From: Lepidodermella squamata
Taxonomy: Eukaryota; Animalia; Gastrotricha
Reading direction: 5' to 3'
DNA: 64,000 bases
Assembly: GCA_047495785.1 (NCBI GenBank)
Contig: JBLDXI010000028.1
Span: forward strand, 310,001-374,000
Below are positions 59,902 through 64,000 of the stretch, in pieces; position 1 is the first letter of the stretch, and each line of letters starts with the position of its first letter. The notes under the pieces are model-generated. The model was given only the letters and a program-made list of their open reading frames with translations, searched no databases and was not told the origin of the DNA. Position numbers and translations under genes: made by a program.

Positions 59902-61165
59902 TTAAACAATTTCTTCTCCTAGCCGAATGACAGTTCTGGAAGGTATTGTGAATCCTTTTTCACGAATTTTTGCAATGTTCAACGGATTGTGACTGTTAAC
60001 AGGCCGCCCGTCACGGTCTTGATTTCGACCCTGTTGCGACCACGTGAAATCCCACCATTCCGGGCTCGGCCACGTTGATAAATTCCACTTTTTAGCCAAT
60101 AAGCTTAAAATCGACTGGTCGTGGCGGTGTTCCACGAAATTCGAAATTTCACTGCCTAGACGACTCGGTTCGTCGGTCACAATTCGAGGGTCTTGAGCAT
60201 AGGTCAACCATTCGCTTACAAATCGGATGGAATGTATAGATTTTCTGAGCATTAAATAGCCACCGTAGATTTGCATGGTTTCGTTGAAAAATTGCACGTT
60301 TTTGTGGTCGATGTTCATTAGGTGATAGGTATCAGCTTTTGTCCATACATTGTCGTTGAAAGCTTGGTAGAAGACAACTACGTCCTGCTTCAACTCAGCC
60401 TAATTTGGGAAATTAAGAAATTTTTTAAAATAGTCCATGGTAACTTTTTTGACCTATCGATTTTTCAAATTTTTGAAATTGATGCGATCATGAATCATGA
60501 AGAGAACAATTATTGCTCAAATTAATTGCTATAACCTCAATTTCCGTTTATTAATTTTGAATTGAAAAATCAAATAAAAAATGTCTGAAAAATACCTGTA
60601 AGCAGACGTATTCTTCCAGGTTATTTATCAAAAATTTATCCGCATCAAGGTAGAGCAGCACATCCTCAGCGTTCATTTGCTGTATAAATCGAAAGACAAT
60701 GTAGGGTTTCCACAACCAGTAACCGGCTCCGCGTTTGCGCGACAGAATACTGTCCCAATTCTGGTCTCGAAACTTAACGTCTAGAAAAGATGGCCTAACA
60801 ACTATACAAGCGTCAATGCCTCTGATTGACACGGCCACTTGGCAGTGATCCTCGGCTTGTTTTAGATAAGGACCGTGTGAGCCATAGGTTATGACTATGC
60901 GGTATCCACGGGCCAGGTCGCATTTATGCTCCTGATCCAGAACAAAATCCTGCCGATCTGAGGTGAAAATTCGCAAAGAGTCAGACGGGCTGTTGTCAAC
61001 TAATTGATTCAGCCAGTTGATTTCGGTGAAATCTGTGGACGAAGAGTTCTCGCGGATGAAGCGTTTGAACCTGCGAGCTGGGTAGAAGTATATGTAAATC
61101 ACGACGAAATTGAGTAGAATCGAGATGAATAAAATGCATTGCAGTGCGGATCGCTTTACAATCAT
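59902..61165 (-). CDS. Putative type II membrane glycosyltransferase (RGAGYWLWKP...HRHDQS type)
   Basis: Exons 61165-60596 and 60399-59902 (196-nt phase-0 intron); N-terminal TM; YLDAD DxD motif; EHRHDQSILSLL. Confidence 0.7.
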
Positions 61166-62679
61166 AAAACCAAGTATCCTAATGACCAAGAAATGTCAGA
61201 AATGATAAGAAGAGTAATCGTTTGTGCGGCAATTCATCACAAAATCCATGAGGAGTGTGCAGAATTCCGAAAGCTTAAGAATGCAATCAGAAACCACAAG
61301 TCAACGTCAGAATACTTAGCTTTTCTTATATAAGACGGGCAGCAAGAGCCACTAATATTTGCGCACATGTACCTGGCCATTATTGCATATAGTAATGCGC
61401 TGATGTAATTGTGTGAATGAATGCGAATTGTTTACCCTTTACCCGAGGCAACTGCGAGCTCGGGCGAATATATAGGTGTGGTGGTACTGCGATGCAGCCG
61501 CGCACTGCAAACAATGCTTTGCGGGTCAGTGCGTGCGCGATCGCGGTTTTGTGTCACCGGAATGGCAAATGAGCGCGGTCCGCACGGGGCTGACAGATGA
61601 GCGACAACAGCGCGAATATTATTGCTTTATTGTTCTGATATACGCGGAGCCAACTCAATTGTTAGCTGATAGGTGACTCATTGGAATGGGCTGATGCCTT
61701 GGGGCCGGTACGAAGATTTGAGTTGAAAATTGAGGTTCTGGTTTTATTGTGGCAACATTTTCTCGGGCGAAATCGATTCTTGATATTTAAATAGGCAAAA
61801 GGCCAGCTATTGCGCAAAATTAGCTCAAAAATGAGATTTATCGATTAAAAGAGTAATAATAGCAATACTCTTAGTGAAAGCATGGAAATTAACATATTAT
61901 ATGATTCAAGAAATTGAGCGCTGAAAGCTACATTTCACTTGCTGTGTCCGGATGTGTGCCAAAATCGACATGTTGGCCGCAGTTTTTCCTGCCTGATTTC
62001 TCTTCGCATTGTCATTCAACTTCATTTTCGCTATTTGCTCAGCTTTCGCAATGATCACCACTAAATTATTGCAGTTTCCCATCCATTCCGCATCGAACCG
62101 TTTTGATGCGGGTGAAACCGCCGAAACGGGAAGTAATTCTTGCCAAATATTGACCCATTGTCGCAATATAGCGTCACAGCAAGCCCATTAGCTTCGCTCG
62201 AAATCTCTCGACAGGGCACAAAAAGCGGCAAAATCAAGAGGAGTGAAGAGCAACGCCATTTCTAATCATTGCTTTCATTCATTCATTCATTTGTGTTATC
62301 GATCAAAAGCGGACACTTTCGGAATAAAACAAACTACGCATTATTCATAGATGTAGCATGCAAATGCAGGATATATCCGGCAGTATTTATTGCATATGCA
62401 TCAGCGACCAATAAAATCGATTGTATTTATACAAGCGCTATAACTCTTTTATAGCCTCGCAGTTTCCGTCGCACACGCACGCTGTGAACCATTTTAGCTG
62501 ACCGTGTTTTTTACAATCCGCAGGCTGGCAATATTAGAGTTCCGCTGAGATTAGTTTTCGATTTATTTTGAACGCATTATTTGATTACACAAAGGATTGC
62601 GTGAATTGGCGGTTGGTCCTTGTGTGGAATTTCAGGCGACCTGATTTGCCAACATTTTTGTCCAAAAATATTGTTGAAA

Positions 62680-64000
62680 ATGTCTGGAAGCAAAGACTTG
62701 AATGCGACTATAACTAAAATGTGAGTTGATAGCACAAATTTGGCAAATTTGTTGCTGAATTTCGCCTTATTTCTTTAGTTCCGCGGAGCTAAACTCAGCG
62801 ACGGATTCTCGCAAGTTGGAGTTGCTTTACGAGCTGTTGAAGAATGAGACCACCCATATGGTTTCGATGGCAAGATTTGTCCAGCTGCTAACTCACACTG
62901 GTCTACGACGATCAGATCCTCGATTGAAACAATTCTTCAAGAAACTCAAAGTTTGTGCTGGACATTCCTCTGAAGAAAGTGACGAGGGTGGCATAAGTGA
63001 AGATTTACAGCTTTCCCGCGATCAATTCATCGACTGCATTCAGGTATGTGTAATTCTCATGTTTCAGGTACGATATAAGTTTTGGCTGATTACAGGAAAA
63101 TTGTGAATTGATTTGCCAAGCCTTGGAGGGCGAATTCGTTATTCCTGAATTTAACAAATTCTGCCGTTCAATCGACAATCTCTTTGAAAGCTGTCGAAGC
63201 AATGTTGGTGGTAAAGTGGCCAGTTACATCCCTCAACTAGCCCGGTTCGACCCTAACTACTGGGCTATCTCAGTTTGCACCGTCGACGGTCAGCGATACT
63301 CAATCGGAGACACAAAAGTGCCATTTTGCCTCCAATCTGCGAGCAAACCTTTGAATTATGCGATTGCTTTGAATGATTTGACTCCCGAGGAGGTTCATTC
63401 TCACGTTGGCCAGGAGCCGAGTGGCCGATCCTTCAATGAACTGAGCCTTGATTACCACAAAAAGCCTCATAACCCAATGATTAATGCAGGAGCTATCGCT
63501 ATTTGCTCCCTCCTGAAAACTGAATGGTCTATGTCAGATCGCTTTGACTACGTATTCAACGAATATAGGCGACTGGCTGGGGGTGAGTACGTCGGCTTCA
63601 GCAATTCTACGTTCCTTTCAGAGCGAGAAACAGCGGATAGGAATTTCGCCTTGGCCTACTACATGCAGGAGAATAAGGTTTTCCCAGGAAATGCTAAGCT
63701 GGCTGATACATTAGATCTTTACTTCCAATTCTGCTCGGTTGACGTGACGGCAGAATCCTGCGCCGTCATCGCCTCAACCCTAGCGAATGGCGGTATTTGC
63801 CCTCTAACTGGTGAGCGAGTTTTGGCTGGTGAAGCTGTGCGAAACACGTTGTCCCTAATGCATTCCTGTGGAATGTACGATTACTCAGGGAAATTTGCCT
63901 TTAAAGTCGGTCTACCGGCGAAATCTGGCGTCTCCGGATGTATCATGCTAGTAGTTCCTAATGTAATGGGCATCTGCACCTGGTCCCCGCCTTTGGACGA
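62680..64000 (+). CDS. GLS: Glutaminase, truncated at the window end
   Basis: Exons 62680-62720, 62779-63043, 63096->64000. TGLRRSDPRL, GKVASYIPQLA, catalytic CLQSASKP, VGQEPSG, PHNPMINAGAI, MHSCGMYDYSGKFAFKVGLPAKSGVSG. Confidence 0.96.

Overview
Eukaryotic (metazoan, invertebrate-like) genomic DNA with many short GT-AG introns, mostly 45-65 nt, so the ORF track splits most genes; the gene models below were rebuilt by hand from splice sites and reading-frame phase. Recognisable genes: a divergent class C (GABA-B-like) GPCR, an IGFBP-like plus six thyroglobulin type-1 domain secreted protein, two tandem Sulfotransfer_2 carbohydrate sulfotransferases, a Ser/Thr kinase, an intronless AIG1/G-domain GTPase, a core-1 beta-1,3-galactosyltransferase, a putative glycosyltransferase of the RGAGYWxWKP...HRHDQS type, and glutaminase (cut by the window end). 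Mobile DNA: a 5'-truncated RTE-like LINE with a 13-bp TSD, a Penelope GIY-YIG remnant, two ~1-kb foldback elements with 8-bp TSDs, and several TA-flanked MITEs. Best candidates for undescribed biology: (1) two paralogous secreted Pro/Arg-rich multi-repeat precursors (one with 16 identical 46-aa cores) with shared kappaB-like/GATA upstream motifs; (2) a possible spliced kinase-GTPase-Rcat-like fusion; (3) a tandem pair of secreted proteins built from an unrecognised exon-modular four-Cys repeat; (4) a convertase-cleavable thyropin polyprotein. The organism cannot be identified from this window, and no database searches were run.
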